From Candidatus Cryptobacteroides sp. (GTDB lineage: Bacteria; Bacteroidota; Bacteroidia; Bacteroidales; UBA932), in the NCBI GenBank assembly GCA_045613365.1, contig JAZLAS010000065.1, forward strand, positions 10,252-74,251: DNA of 64,000 nt. The letters are read 5' to 3'. Of the stretch, positions 1 to 10,893 are shown one piece after another. The position numbers and the translations under genes are program-made. Numbering within the stretch: position 1 is the stretch's first letter; each line of letters opens with the position of its first letter. Under the pieces are notes generated by a model that saw nothing but the letters and a program-made list of their open reading frames with translations, searched no databases and was not told the origin of the DNA.

Positions 1-1
1 T

Positions 2-3000
2 GGAATCACAGCCGAAATGACCGCCACAAACCGAGTAGGTCTTCACAGGTTTACCTTCCCTGCAGCAGAAGATGCAGGAATAGTCATTGACCTTGAGAAC
101 GGTGGCTGCTGGGATGACCCGACCGAGACATTCATCGAGGCATGCGGAGACAATGCATTAAGAGGCTACAGATATTCAAAAGGCTGGGCAGATGCACAGA
201 GAATATATTTCCATGTGGAGTTTTCGAAGCCGTTTGAAGATCTCAGGATCCACAGCGTGAACTACATGCCTCTTTATGCCCGTGCCGATTTCAGTACTGC
301 AGAAGGCGAACAGATAATGATGAAGGTGGCCCTTTCACCTGTAAGCATGGAAGGTGCGGCAGAAAACATGGCGGCAGAACTTCCGGGCTGGGACTTCGAA
401 GCTGTAGCTCAGGCTGCTGACAAGGCATGGAACGAAGAGCTGTCCAGGATCAGCATCGAAACCACTGACGAACAGGCCCGTAAGGTGTTCTACACCGCTC
501 TTTACCACTCCATGATAGCACCGGCGACATTCTGCGATGCCGACGGAGACTATCGCGGAGCCGACGGCAAGATTTACGCCGACCCAGGATATACCACATA
601 CACGACATTCTCACTCTGGGACACATACAGGGCAGCGATGCCTCTCTACAGCATATTCCAGAGCGAGAGATACGTAGATTTCATAAATACGATGCTTGCC
701 ATATACAAGGAGCAGGGCAAGCTTCCGGTATGGCATCTCCACGGCTGCGAGACAGACTGCATGGTAGGAAATCCGGGCATCCCTCCTGTAGCAGATGCCA
801 TCGTCAAGGAGTTCCAGGGATTCGACTATGAACTCGCAATGGAAGCAATGAAAGCTTCAGCGCTCCGTCCGGACAGAGGACAGGATGTCAGAATGAAGTA
901 CGGCTACATTCCATATGACCTGTTCGGAGAGTCTGTAGCATACGACCTCGAATATGCCCTTGCAGACGGAGCTCTCGCACAGGCAGCAAAGAAATTGGGC
1001 AAGGAAGAAGACTATCAGCATTTCCTCAACAGAAGCAGATCATATGTTCACCTTTTCGACAATGACCTCCAGTTCCTCAGAGGAAAGGACAGCAAGGGTA
1101 ATTTCCGCAAGGAATACAGTCCGTTTGCATCGACCCACCGTGCCGACGACTACTGCGAAGGCAACGGCTGGCAATATACATGGCTCGTTCCGCACGATTT
1201 CAAAGGACTTGTGAGCTGTTTCGGCAGCAAGGAGGCATTCCTGACAAAGCTTGACGAGCTTTTCACCGTCTCATCTGTAGTCGAAGGAATGGAGACATCT
1301 CCAGACATTTCAGGCCTTATCGGACAATACGCCCACGGAAACGAGCCAAGCCACCATATCCTTTACTTCTATACCATGGCAGGTCAGCCTTGGAAGGCAG
1401 CTGACAGAATACGCGAAGTGCTTTCGACAATGTACAGCGCCGAACCTGACGGACTTTCCGGAAATGAAGACGTAGGACAGATGTCAGCATGGTACATTCT
1501 TTCTTCTTTGGGATTCTATGAAGTGGAGCCGGCTTCAGGACGCTATTGGTTCGGTACGCCTCTCTTCGACAAGGCCGTAATCGATGTCGCAGGAGGCACA
1601 TTCACAATCATCGCCGAGAACAACAGCGACACAAACAGATATATACAGGGAATCACACTCAATGGAAAGACATACACAAAGGGGTACCTTGAGCATAAGG
1701 ACATCGCTGCAGGCGGAGAACTTGTACTTCACATGGGATCTGAGCCGAACGTATGGTATTGCGCCAACGAGCCCGAGACATATGAAGACCAGCGTCCTCT
1801 CCCTGAGGACAGGCTCTTCGTTTCAGAAGCAGTTGAAGCCGAGATAGAGCGCATTGTCGGCATGCTGGAGAATCCACGTCTGAAATGGATGTTCGCCAAC
1901 TGTTATCCTAACACACTCGACACCACCGTTCACCCTGTGGAAAGTTCTGACGGACAGCCGGATACATTCGTATATACCGGAGACATTCCTGCAATGTGGC
2001 TTCGCGATTCGGGAGCACAGGTATGGCCATATGTACGTTATGTAAATGAAGACGAAGCATTGAAGAACATGATCGCCGGTGTGATAAACCGTCAGTTCAA
2101 ATGCATCTGCATCGACCCTTATGCAAATGCCTTCAATGTAGAGCCTCTCGGAGCAGCAAACAAGACTGACTGGCCGGAAGCGGATCCGTATGTATTCGAG
2201 CGTAAATGGGAGATCGACTCGCACTGCTACCCTATACGGCTTGCATACGAATACTGGAAGACCAGCGGAGATGTTTCCGTTTTCGGAGACACATGGGTCG
2301 AAGCCATGGGCAAGATACTCGCCACTCTCAAGGAACAGCAGCGAAAGGAAGGACATGGAAGCTACGTATTCCTCCGCACTACAGACCGTCAGCTTGACAC
2401 CAAATGTGTCGTTGGACGTGGCAATCCGGTAAATCCTGTAGGCCTTATCGCATCTGCTTTCCGTCCTTCAGACGACGCTACGACATTCGAATTCCTCGTA
2501 CCTTCCAACTTCATGGCAGTGAGCTCGTTACGCAAGGCAGCCGAAATCCTCTCGACAGTAAACGGTGAGGCAGCAATGGCTGAAGAGTGCATCGCTCTAG
2601 CCGACGAAGTGGAAAAAGCGCTCAAGGAATATGCAGTATATGACCATCCTGAGTTCGGTAAGATCTATGCTTTCGAAGTCGATGGATTCGGCAGCCAGTT
2701 CCTTATGGATGATGCAAATGTTCCTTCGCTTCTTGCCATGAGCTATCTTGGAGATGTTCCGGCCGACGACCCTGTTTACATTAATACGCGTCGCTTCGTT
2801 TGGAGCGAGGCCAATCCGTATTTCCACCGCGGACCTGCAGGAGAAGGCATCGGAGGACCGCATATCTGGTCGGAAGTGATATGGCCTATGAGCATAATGA
2901 TGAAGGCGTTCACATCTGATGATGACGAAGAAATCCGCGAATGCATCTGCCAGCTCATGACAACAGATGCCGGCACAGGCTTCATGCACGAGTCATTCCA

Positions 3001-3121
3001 CAAGGATAATTGCGAAGTATTCACTCGCGAGTGGTTTGCTTGGCAGAACACTCTCTTCGGCGAACTTATCCTGAAGATTGTGAACGACGGAAGATTACAT
3101 GTATTGAACAGCATAATATAA
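2..3121 (+). CDS. GH92 alpha-mannosidase fused to a C-terminal GH125 exo-alpha-1,6-mannosidase; 5' end truncated by the window edge
   Basis: Frame is open back to position 2 (GITAEMTAT...). GH92 motifs FSLWDTYR, EGNGWQY, GQYAHGNEPSHH, GNEDVGQMSAW. From about aa 590, GH125 motifs TGDIPAMWLRDS, ERKWEIDS, FRPSDD, DDANVPSLL, FTREWFAWQNTLFGE. Confidence 0.9.
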   Translation, partial: GITAEMTATNRVGLHRFTFPAAEDAGIVIDLENGGCWDDPTETFIEACGDNALRGYRYSKGWADAQRIYFHVEFSKPFEDLRIHSVNYMPLYARADFSTAEGEQIMMKVALSPVSMEGAAENMAAELPGWDFEAVAQAADKAWNEELSRISIETTDEQARKVFYTALYHSMIAPATFCDADGDYRGADGKIYADPGYTTYTTFSLWDTYRAAMPLYSIFQSERYVDFINTMLAIYKEQGKLPVWHLHGCETDCMVGNPGIPPVADAIVKEFQGFDYELAMEAMKASALRPDRGQDVRMKYGYIPYDLFGESVAYDLEYALADGALAQAAKKLGKEEDYQHFLNRSRSYVHLFDNDLQFLRGKDSKGNFRKEYSPFASTHRADDYCEGNGWQYTWLVPHDFKGLVSCFGSKEAFLTKLDELFTVSSVVEGMETSPDISGLIGQYAHGNEPSHHILYFYTMAGQPWKAADRIREVLSTMYSAEPDGLSGNEDVGQMSAWYILSSLGFYEVEPASGRYWFGTPLFDKAVIDVAGGTFTIIAENNSDTNRYIQGITLNGKTYTKGYLEHKDIAAGGELVLHMGSEPNVWYCANEPETYEDQRPLPEDRLFVSEAVEAEIERIVGMLENPRLKWMFANCYPNTLDTTVHPVESSDGQPDTFVYTGDIPAMWLRDSGAQVWPYVRYVNEDEALKNMIAGVINRQFKCICIDPYANAFNVEPLGAANKTDWPEADPYVFERKWEIDSHCYPIRLAYEYWKTSGDVSVFGDTWVEAMGKILATLKEQQRKEGHGSYVFLRTTDRQLDTKCVVGRGNPVNPVGLIASAFRPSDDATTFEFLVPSNFMAVSSLRKAAEILSTVNGEAAMAEECIALADEVEKALKEYAVYDHPEFGKIYAFEVDGFGSQFLMDDANVPSLLAMSYLGDVPADDPVYINTRRFVWSEANPYFHRGPAGEGIGGPHIWSEVIWPMSIMMKAFTSDDDEEIRECICQLMTTDAGTGFMHESFHKDNCEVFTREWFAWQNTLFGELILKIVNDGRLHVLNSII

Positions 3122-3149
3122 AAGATAACCCGAATACGCCATACAATTT

Positions 3150-5393
3150 ATGAAAAAGGCACTTTACATCATTTTGGCAGCAGCGCTCATGGCTGGCTGC
3201 TGCAGACAGGAAACAGAGCTTGTTACAGATCCTGCAGATTACGTATCGACCCTTGTCGGATCACTTTCCGAGCATTCCTTTTCTACAGGAAACACATACC
3301 CGGCAATCGCCCTGCCATGGGGCATGAACTTCTGGACTCCTGTCACAGGAACCATGGGAGACGGTTGGGCATACAGATACGACGCACATAAGATAAGAGG
3401 ATTCGAACAGACTCATCAGCCTTCTCCATGGATCAATGATTACGGTCAGTTCGCCATCATGCCTGTCCGCGACAGCAGGAATGTAGATCAGGAAGCACGC
3501 GCCAGCTGGTTCACCCACCTCAGCGAGACCGCAAGGCCGTACTACTATCAGGTATATCTTGCTGACCATGACATAAATGCAGAAATAACTCCTACCGACA
3601 GGGCTGCTTCTCTCCAGTTCACATTCCCAGAATCAGAGGCCTCAGGCATCATCGTGGACGCCTACAACGAAGGATCGTTCATCAAAGTCATTCCTGAGCA
3701 GAACGCAGTCGTAGGATACACTACCAGAAACTGCGGAGGAGTTCCTGAGAACTTCCGCAACTGGTTCGTCGTCAAATTCGACAAACCGATCGAAAGCTAC
3801 ACTGTGTATGCCGGACCTGAGAAAGCCCTTGACGGAGCGAGTGAATTTGAAGGAGACCATGCCATTGCATCTGTAAAGTTCAAGACCGTACGTGGAGAAA
3901 AGGTCAATGCACAGGCAGCATCTTCATTCATATCTCTCGATCAGGCGTGGACCAACTTCAAGGAAGTGGAAGGAAAGACTTTCGCACAGGTAAAAGACGC
4001 AGCCAAGGCACGCTGGAACGAGATTCTCGGCCGTATCCAGATAGGTGGCGGTACAGAGGACCAGTACAGGACATTCTACTCCTGCCTCTACAGAAGCACC
4101 CTCTTCCCACGCAAGTTCTATGAAATCAACGAAGAAGGCAAGCCTGTACACTACAGTCCGTACAACGGACAGGTATGTGACGGCTATCTTTACACCGACA
4201 CAGGATTCTGGGACACATTCCGTGCCCTCTTCCCTCTCCTGAACCTCGTATATCCGGATGTGAACGAAGAGATCCAGCTCGGCCTCGCAAACATCGCCCG
4301 CGAAAACGAGTTCCTTCCGGAATGGGCAAGCCCGGGACACAGAGGCTGCATGGTAGGAAACAACTCTGCTTCAGTAGTGGCTGACGCCATCATGAAGGGT
4401 ATCACTCCTGAAAGCGAATGGCAGACTCTCTATGACTGCATCGCATACGGTACAGAACATGTCCACCCTGAAGTCAGCTCTACCGGACGCCTCGGACATG
4501 AGTATTACAACACCATCGGTTACGTTCCATACAACGTAGGAATACATGAAAATGTAGCCCGTACTCTGGAATATGCATATAACGACTGGTGTATCCTCCA
4601 GATCGCAAAGAAGCTGAACCGTCCTCAGGAAGAGCTTGACAAATGGGAAGCCAGGTCAGGCAACTGGAAGAATGTATTCGACCCTTCCCACAATCTCATG
4701 CGCGGCCGTAACCTCGACGGTACCTTCCAGGAGCCATTCAGCCCGTATAAATGGGGTGATGCGTTCACAGAAGGAAACACATGGCATTACACATGGTCGG
4801 TTTTCCACAATGTGGAAGGTCTGAAGGAAGCGATGGGCGGCACCGAGACATTTACAGCCATGCTTGATTCTGTATTCGTGGTTCCGCCGATCTACGATGA
4901 CAGCTACTACGGTTACCGTATCCACGAGATCACCGAAATGCAGGTAGCCAACATGGGTAATTATGCTCATGGAAACCAGCCGGCCCAGCATATGATCTAT
5001 CTGTATGACTGGTCAGACGAGGCTTGGAAGGCACAGAAATGGGTTCGAGAAGTCATGGACAGGCTCTATAATGCTACTCCTGCCGGATATTGCGGAGACG
5101 AGGACAACGGACAGACCTCGGCCTGGTATGTATTCTCGGCCCTCGGATTCTATCCTGTATGTCCTGCTTCTGACGAATATGCAATAGGTACTCCATATTT
5201 CAAGAAGGCTGTGATCCATCTGGCAGACGGCAAAGAGATAGCCATAAACGCAGATAACAACAGCAGCGCGACTCCATATATAAGCGACATGACATTCAAC
5301 GGAAAATCTCATGATTCGAATTTCTTAAGTCACAGCGAAATGGTAAAGGGAGCGGAAATCGATTTTACGATGTCTGAAAAGCCAGCAAAATGA
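3150..5393 (+). CDS. GH92 alpha-mannosidase, probably alpha-1,2-specific, predicted lipoprotein
   Basis: Lipobox-like LMAGC. Motifs GFWDTFR, EGNTWHY, GNYAHGNQP, GDEDNGQTSAW. Carries the PW (QPSPW) and HE (IHEITE) signatures associated with alpha-1,2-mannosidases of GH92. Confidence 0.9.
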   Translation: MKKALYIILAAALMAGCCRQETELVTDPADYVSTLVGSLSEHSFSTGNTYPAIALPWGMNFWTPVTGTMGDGWAYRYDAHKIRGFEQTHQPSPWINDYGQFAIMPVRDSRNVDQEARASWFTHLSETARPYYYQVYLADHDINAEITPTDRAASLQFTFPESEASGIIVDAYNEGSFIKVIPEQNAVVGYTTRNCGGVPENFRNWFVVKFDKPIESYTVYAGPEKALDGASEFEGDHAIASVKFKTVRGEKVNAQAASSFISLDQAWTNFKEVEGKTFAQVKDAAKARWNEILGRIQIGGGTEDQYRTFYSCLYRSTLFPRKFYEINEEGKPVHYSPYNGQVCDGYLYTDTGFWDTFRALFPLLNLVYPDVNEEIQLGLANIARENEFLPEWASPGHRGCMVGNNSASVVADAIMKGITPESEWQTLYDCIAYGTEHVHPEVSSTGRLGHEYYNTIGYVPYNVGIHENVARTLEYAYNDWCILQIAKKLNRPQEELDKWEARSGNWKNVFDPSHNLMRGRNLDGTFQEPFSPYKWGDAFTEGNTWHYTWSVFHNVEGLKEAMGGTETFTAMLDSVFVVPPIYDDSYYGYRIHEITEMQVANMGNYAHGNQPAQHMIYLYDWSDEAWKAQKWVREVMDRLYNATPAGYCGDEDNGQTSAWYVFSALGFYPVCPASDEYAIGTPYFKKAVIHLADGKEIAINADNNSSATPYISDMTFNGKSHDSNFLSHSEMVKGAEIDFTMSEKPAK

Positions 5394-5414
5394 TCTACGA
5401 ATCAGACTTTTTTG

Positions 5415-5422
5415 TATATTTG
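5415..5422 (+). promoter_or_regulatory. Putative Bacteroidetes -7 promoter element for the GH130-GH92-manA genes
   Basis: TATATTTG matches TAnnTTTG in the short gap before GH130. Confidence 0.5.
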
Positions 5423-5442
5423 GAGAATAAATGACTTATAAT

Positions 5443-6444
5443 ATGAACAAAAACATCAAGATTGCAGGCAATCCCCTGCCAAATATGCCTTGGGAAGAGC
5501 GCCCTGAGGGTTGCAAGAACGTAATGTGGAGATATTCTGCGAATCCAGTGATTCCGCGCGATCTTCTCCCTGATTCAAACAGCATATTCAACTCAGCCAT
5601 AGTTCCTTTTGAAGACGGTTATGCCGGTGTATTCCGCGTTGACGATACAAATATCAGAATGACACTGCATGTAGGTTTCTCAAAGGACGGAATCAACTGG
5701 GAGCTCAATCCCGAGACAATCAAGTTCGACTGCGATGATCCTGAGGTCGGCAAATGGGTATATGGATATGACCCTCGCGTATGCAAGATAGAAGACAAGT
5801 ATTATGTGACTTGGTGCAACGGTTACCATGGCCCTACCATCGGAGTTGCATGGACAACAGATTTCAAGACTTTCCACCAGCTTGAGAATGCATTCCTGCC
5901 TTACAACCGCAACGGCGTGATGTTCCCACGCAAGATAAACGGAAGATACGCCATGCTTTCGCGTCCTTCTGACACAGGGCACACTCCTTTCGGCGACATC
6001 TTCTATTCAGAGTCTCCTGACCTTGAATTCTGGGGACGCCACCGTCATGTGATGGCACCTTCCGATTTCGAGAAGAGCGCATGGCAGTGCTGCAAGATCG
6101 GCGCCGGTCCTACACCTATCGAGACTTCAGAAGGCTGGCTCATGTTCTATCATGGAGTACACCGTACATGCAACGGCTACAACTACTCATTCGGAGCAGC
6201 CCTCCTTGACCTTGAGCAGCCATGGAAGGTCATTGCACGCACAGGTCCGTACCTTCTGCACCCTGAAACGCTGTATGAATGTACAGGAGACGTTCCTAAC
6301 GTATGTTTCCCTTGCTCGGCACTTCATGATCCGGAAACAGGACGCGTTACAGTTTACTACGGCTGTGCGGATACAGTTGTCGGAGCCTGCTTCGGATATA
6401 TCGATGAAATCATCGACTTCATCAAGAAGACCAATATAGAATAA
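5443..6444 (+). CDS. GH130 beta-mannoside phosphorylase, likely beta-1,4-mannosyl-N-acetylglucosamine phosphorylase
   Basis: [44 protein letters not shown]. No signal peptide. Start moved to ATG 5443 (5431 is the alternative). Confidence 0.88.
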   Translation: MNKNIKIAGNPLPNMPWEERPEGCKNVMWRYSANPVIPRDLLPDSNSIFNSAIVPFEDGYAGVFRVDDTNIRMTLHVGFSKDGINWELNPETIKFDCDDPEVGKWVYGYDPRVCKIEDKYYVTWCNGYHGPTIGVAWTTDFKTFHQLENAFLPYNRNGVMFPRKINGRYAMLSRPSDTGHTPFGDIFYSESPDLEFWGRHRHVMAPSDFEKSAWQCCKIGAGPTPIETSEGWLMFYHGVHRTCNGYNYSFGAALLDLEQPWKVIARTGPYLLHPETLYECTGDVPNVCFPCSALHDPETGRVTVYYGCADTVVGACFGYIDEIIDFIKKTNIE

Positions 6445-6446
6445 TC

Positions 6447-8699
6447 ATGAATTTCACTAAGACTATTATCACCTTGGCTCTGTCCATCTGCATCGCAGTT
6501 CCGGCAGCAGCCAAGGTCACTGACCATGTAAATCCATTCGTAGGTACCACCAATTTCGGTACCACCAACCCGGGAGCGATCTGTCCTAACGGAATGATGT
6601 CCGTCACTCCTTTCAACGTAATGGGGTCAGACCTGAACGTCTATGACAAGGACAGCAGATGGTGGTCAACTCCATATTGCTATGAGAACAAGTTCTTCAC
6701 AGGATTCTCTCATGTCAATCTGAGCGGAGTGGGCTGCCCTGAGCTCAGTCTTGTTCTCACTATGCCTACTACTGGTCAGGTCCAGCCGGACCATCATATC
6801 TATGGTTCGGAATATACGGCAGAGCATGCAGAACCGGGATATTACACATGCGATCTTCTTGCATACGGAATCAAGGCTGAGGCAAGTGCCACAATGCGCA
6901 CATCAGCCGAAAGATATACCTTCCCTGCAGGAAAGAGCAATATCCTCGTAAATCTCGGCGAAGGACTTACGAACGAGAGCGGAGGCTGGATCAGAAAGAT
7001 CAGCGAGACCGAGATCGAGGGAATGAGGCTAGCCGGAACTTTCTGTTACAATCCTCAGGCAGTTTTTCCTATGTACTTCGCCATACGCATCAGCAAGACT
7101 CCGTCAGAATCAGGATTCTGGAAGAAGCAGCCTCAGATGAAGGGTGTGGAAGCGGAATGGACTCCTGACAACGGCAAATATAAGTTATATACCAGATACG
7201 GACGCGAGATCGCAGGAGACCAGATCGGCTATTGGTTCAGCTTCGAGACAGCTGAAGGCGAACAGGTGGAGCTCCAGATGGGAGTTTCTTTCGTAAGCTG
7301 CGAAAACGCATGGGAGAATCTTGCTGCAGAACAGAAAGGCTTTGCTTTCGACAAGGTACGCGAAGATGCACAGAAGCAGTGGGAGTCGGATCTTTCACGG
7401 ATAATGGTAAACGGCGGTACAGACAAGCAGAAAGAAGTCTTCTACACAGCTCTTTATCATGCTCTTATCCACCCTAACATCCTCAACGACATTAACGGCG
7501 AATATCCTCTGATGGAGAATGCCGGCATAGGCAAGGTTCCTGCCGGTGAAAACCGTTATACGGTATTCTCTCTTTGGGACACATACCGCAATGTACATCA
7601 GCTGATGACTCTTGTATATCCTGAGAGACAGAGGGATATGGTACGTTCGATGATCGGCATGTATAAGGAATGGGGCTGGATGCCTAAATGGGAGCTTTAC
7701 GGCCGCGAAACCTTCACCATGGAAGGCGACCCATCGATTCCGGTCATCACAGATACATGGCTTAAGGGAATCCGCGATTTCGATATCGAGACTGCGTATG
7801 AGGCCTTCGTCAAGTCAGCGAATACTCCGGGAGCCGAGAATCTTATGCGTCCTGACGTTGACCCGTATATCGAGAAAGGATATGTTCCTCTCGGATACTA
7901 TGCTGCCGACCTTTCGGGCGACAATTCAGTATCACATGCTCTAGAATATTACATTGCCGATTATGCTCTTTCACTTCTTGCGGCCGACCTCGGCAAGACA
8001 GAGGATGCAGAGCTTTACAGACAGCGTTCTCTCGGCTATAAGAACTATTACAGCAAGGAATCCGGCACATTGCGACCTATCACCAAGGAAGGAAAATTCC
8101 TTGAACCATTCGATCCTAAGCAGGGTGAGAACTTCGAGCCTGTACCAGGTTTCCACGAAGGAAGCGCATGGAACTATACATTCTTCGTTCCGCATGATAT
8201 CTATGGATATGCGAAGCTGATGGGAGGAAACAAGGTATTCGTCAAGAAGCTCCAGAAAGTATTCGACGAAGGCCTTTATGACCCTGCAAACGAGCCTGAC
8301 ATCGCCTATCCTTACCTCTTCAGCTATTTCAAGGGAGAGGAATGGAGGACACAGGAACTGGTCGCAAAGCTTCTGGACAAGCATTTCACCATCCTTCCAG
8401 ACGGAATTCCTGGCAATGATGACACAGGAACCATGTCGGCATGGGCAGTATTCTCCATGATGGGATTCTATCCAGACTGCCCGGGACATCCTTCATACAC
8501 ACTGACTGTTCCGACTTTCGACTCTGTCGAAATCAAGCTCGACCCGACCCTCTGCAACGGCAAAGACAAGCTTGTCATCACAAAGGGCGACGGTTCCCGC
8601 ATCAAGAGCATGAAACTCGCCGGAAAGGGCTATGGAAAGTATCGCATAAGCCATTCAGACCTGACCGGAGCCGGTACACTTCACTTCAACTGCAGATAA
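6447..8699 (+). CDS. GH92 alpha-mannosidase, secreted
   Basis: Signal peptide. Motifs FSHVNLSGVGC, FSLWDTYR, EGSAWNY, NEPDIAYPY, GNDDTGTMSAW. Confidence 0.9.
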   Translation: MNFTKTIITLALSICIAVPAAAKVTDHVNPFVGTTNFGTTNPGAICPNGMMSVTPFNVMGSDLNVYDKDSRWWSTPYCYENKFFTGFSHVNLSGVGCPELSLVLTMPTTGQVQPDHHIYGSEYTAEHAEPGYYTCDLLAYGIKAEASATMRTSAERYTFPAGKSNILVNLGEGLTNESGGWIRKISETEIEGMRLAGTFCYNPQAVFPMYFAIRISKTPSESGFWKKQPQMKGVEAEWTPDNGKYKLYTRYGREIAGDQIGYWFSFETAEGEQVELQMGVSFVSCENAWENLAAEQKGFAFDKVREDAQKQWESDLSRIMVNGGTDKQKEVFYTALYHALIHPNILNDINGEYPLMENAGIGKVPAGENRYTVFSLWDTYRNVHQLMTLVYPERQRDMVRSMIGMYKEWGWMPKWELYGRETFTMEGDPSIPVITDTWLKGIRDFDIETAYEAFVKSANTPGAENLMRPDVDPYIEKGYVPLGYYAADLSGDNSVSHALEYYIADYALSLLAADLGKTEDAELYRQRSLGYKNYYSKESGTLRPITKEGKFLEPFDPKQGENFEPVPGFHEGSAWNYTFFVPHDIYGYAKLMGGNKVFVKKLQKVFDEGLYDPANEPDIAYPYLFSYFKGEEWRTQELVAKLLDKHFTILPDGIPGNDDTGTMSAWAVFSMMGFYPDCPGHPSYTLTVPTFDSVEIKLDPTLCNGKDKLVITKGDGSRIKSMKLAGKGYGKYRISHSDLTGAGTLHFNCR

Positions 8700-8711
8700 A
8701 CAGACAACAAT

Positions 8712-9686
8712 ATGTATCCATTAAAATTCAACACGATCTTCAAGACTGTCGTTTGGGGCGGTGAGAAGATAGCTCCATTCAAAGGAGTCGAGACAGACCA
8801 GCACAACATCGGTGAAAGCTGGGAGCTTTCAGGAGTAAAAGGAAATGAATCAGTCGTTGCCGAAGGCGCACTGACAGGAAAGACCATTGCAGAACTTGCA
8901 GCCGAATATAAGGGTCAGCTCCTCGGCGAGAAGGTCTATGCAAAGACCGGAACTGAATTCCCTCTTCTTATAAAGTTCATCGATGCACGCGACGACCTTT
9001 CAATTCAGGTTCATCCGGACGATGCTCTTGCCGGTGAAAGACATAACGGATCAAAGGGAAAGACAGAGATGTGGTATGTCGTTCAGGCAGATGAAAAGGC
9101 ACATCTTATGTCGGGCCTTACAAAGCATATCACACCAGAGGAATATGCAGCCAAGGTAGAGGACAACACCATAACCGAAGTCCTTCACGACTATAATGTA
9201 GAGGCTGGAGATGTCTTCTTCCTCCCTGCAGGACGTATCCACAGCATCGGCACAGGCTGTTTCATCGCAGAGATCCAGCAGACTTCCGACATCACTTACA
9301 GAATCTATGATTTCGGACGTGTAGGCCTCGACGGTAAGCCACGTGAACTTCATACAGAGCTTTCAAAGGCAGCTATCGACTATACCGTACTTGATGACTA
9401 CAAGACTGCATACGAGGATGTAAAGAATGCGGAGAATGAGATTGTCTCATGTGAATATTTCACTACCTCCATCTATGATCTTACAGAAGCAGTCACTGCT
9501 CCTGTCAAGGCAAACGATTCATTCCTGATCGTAATCTGCGTAGGTGGAAACGGGACCCTTACTGATTCTGAAGGCAATACGGTGACGCTCCGTCAGGGTG
9601 AAACCGTTCTTGTTCCGGCCTGCACGGAATCTGTGACATTCACTCCTTCGGCAGGACTCAAGCTCATCACAAGCTACATCCGATAA
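8712..9686 (+). CDS. manA: Mannose-6-phosphate isomerase, class I
   Basis: VWGG, GESWE, FPLLIKFIDA..LSIQVHPDD, KTEMWY, EIQQTSDITYR. Confidence 0.92.
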   Translation: MYPLKFNTIFKTVVWGGEKIAPFKGVETDQHNIGESWELSGVKGNESVVAEGALTGKTIAELAAEYKGQLLGEKVYAKTGTEFPLLIKFIDARDDLSIQVHPDDALAGERHNGSKGKTEMWYVVQADEKAHLMSGLTKHITPEEYAAKVEDNTITEVLHDYNVEAGDVFFLPAGRIHSIGTGCFIAEIQQTSDITYRIYDFGRVGLDGKPRELHTELSKAAIDYTVLDDYKTAYEDVKNAENEIVSCEYFTTSIYDLTEAVTAPVKANDSFLIVICVGGNGTLTDSEGNTVTLRQGETVLVPACTESVTFTPSAGLKLITSYIR

Positions 9687-9708
9687 ACGGACACGCCATA
9701 ACTTATCT

Positions 9709-9751
9709 AACTATCGGTCAAGTTTAGCCTTTGCTTCCTTGACCGATAGTT
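9709..9751. terminator. Probable bidirectional terminator between convergent manA and lacI
   Basis: Perfect 14-bp inverted repeat AACTATCGGTCAAG / CTTGACCGATAGTT with a 15-nt loop. Confidence 0.7.
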
Positions 9752-10768
9752 TTAGTTATTGACGACTTCTCCGGAAAGGACAATCAACGAAGATGTCTGC
9801 TTCAGACCATGGTTCATCAGACCGAAAAGGATCTCCAGAGCCTCATTGCAGATCGTGCTTATAGGCTGACGCACATGAGGAATAGGAGGATCGAACAGGT
9901 CGTAAACATCAGAGTTATCGAAACCGACAAGGTATATGTCTTCCTGAAGCTTTACACCCATAGGGAAAAGCGTCTTGATGGCAGCAATAGCCAGGGAGTT
10001 GGTTGCAAATACCAGCCCTTCCACTCCCCTTTCAATAATTCCCGGCATCAGCTTCGCGGTTGCACCATCTATGTCATTGAATGGCAGACGATGGATATTT
10101 ATATCATCCTTGGAGCACCCCAGGCCTTCCATAGCCTCAATGAATCCGTCCTCACGGTCAGAAATACTTGATACCCTCATCGTATAGGAAAGCATCTCGA
10201 TCTTTCTGAAGCCTTTGGGAATAAGGATATCCACAGCACTCTTCATCGCTCCCTTGTTATCAAGAACAATCTTCGGAGCCTCTACTGCCATATCCTTTCT
10301 GTCGATTATCACGAACGGGATACCTAGATTCTGAATGAAGCGGATACTCTTGTCAGAGCCCTCGCACGGAACGATGATGAAGCCATCTACACCTTTGTCT
10401 ATGAATGAACGCATGATGCGGTCAAGTTTCTCCGGAGACTCGTCAGTACTGCCGAAAAGCACGGTATAACCGTGATGGAATGCGATCTCTACCAGTTTTC
10501 TGGCAATCTCTCCATAGAACACGTTGGAGATATCAGACAATATCGCGCCTATAACCTTTGAACGGCCGCTGCGGAGAGTACGCGCTGCAGCATTAGGCTG
10601 ATAATTCAGCTTGCGGGCAACTTCAAGAATCTTCTCTCTCGTCACCTTGTTCACTCTGTATTTCTGCTTGCCGTCAGCTTCGATGCGATTGTTCATCACA
10701 AACGAGACCAAGGCTATGGACACATCAGCTTCTGCTGCAATGTCCTTGATCGTAACGTTCTTAGGCAT
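9752..10768 (-). CDS. LacI-family transcriptional regulator
   Basis: N-terminal HTH TIKDIAAEADVSIALVSFVMN, hinge YQPNAAARTLR, sugar-binding domain with VGFDN. Confidence 0.93.
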   Translation of the reverse strand: MPKNVTIKDIAAEADVSIALVSFVMNNRIEADGKQKYRVNKVTREKILEVARKLNYQPNAAARTLRSGRSKVIGAILSDISNVFYGEIARKLVEIAFHHGYTVLFGSTDESPEKLDRIMRSFIDKGVDGFIIVPCEGSDKSIRFIQNLGIPFVIIDRKDMAVEAPKIVLDNKGAMKSAVDILIPKGFRKIEMLSYTMRVSSISDREDGFIEAMEGLGCSKDDINIHRLPFNDIDGATAKLMPGIIERGVEGLVFATNSLAIAAIKTLFPMGVKLQEDIYLVGFDNSDVYDLFDPPIPHVRQPISTICNEALEILFGLMNHGLKQTSSLIVLSGEVVNN

Positions 10769-10796
10769 GGTTAAGTACTGTAGTAAGTTAGCGATA

Positions 10797-10804
10797 CAAA
10801 TATA
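10797..10804 (-). promoter_or_regulatory. Putative -7 promoter element of lacI
   Basis: Minus-strand TATATTTG about 30 nt upstream of the ATG. Confidence 0.55.
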
Positions 10805-10835
10805 ATAAATCGCATAGGAAAAATGAAGGATACAG

Positions 10836-10871
10836 AAATAAAACGGGACGGCACCGAAAGGTGTCGTCCCG
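10836..10871 (-). terminator. Intrinsic terminator of the susC operon
   Basis: 12-bp GC-rich stem CGGGACGGCACC-GAAA-GGTGTCGTCCCG followed on the minus strand by TTTTATTT. Confidence 0.8.
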
Positions 10872-10893
10872 CGATTATAGAATAAGTAGAATA

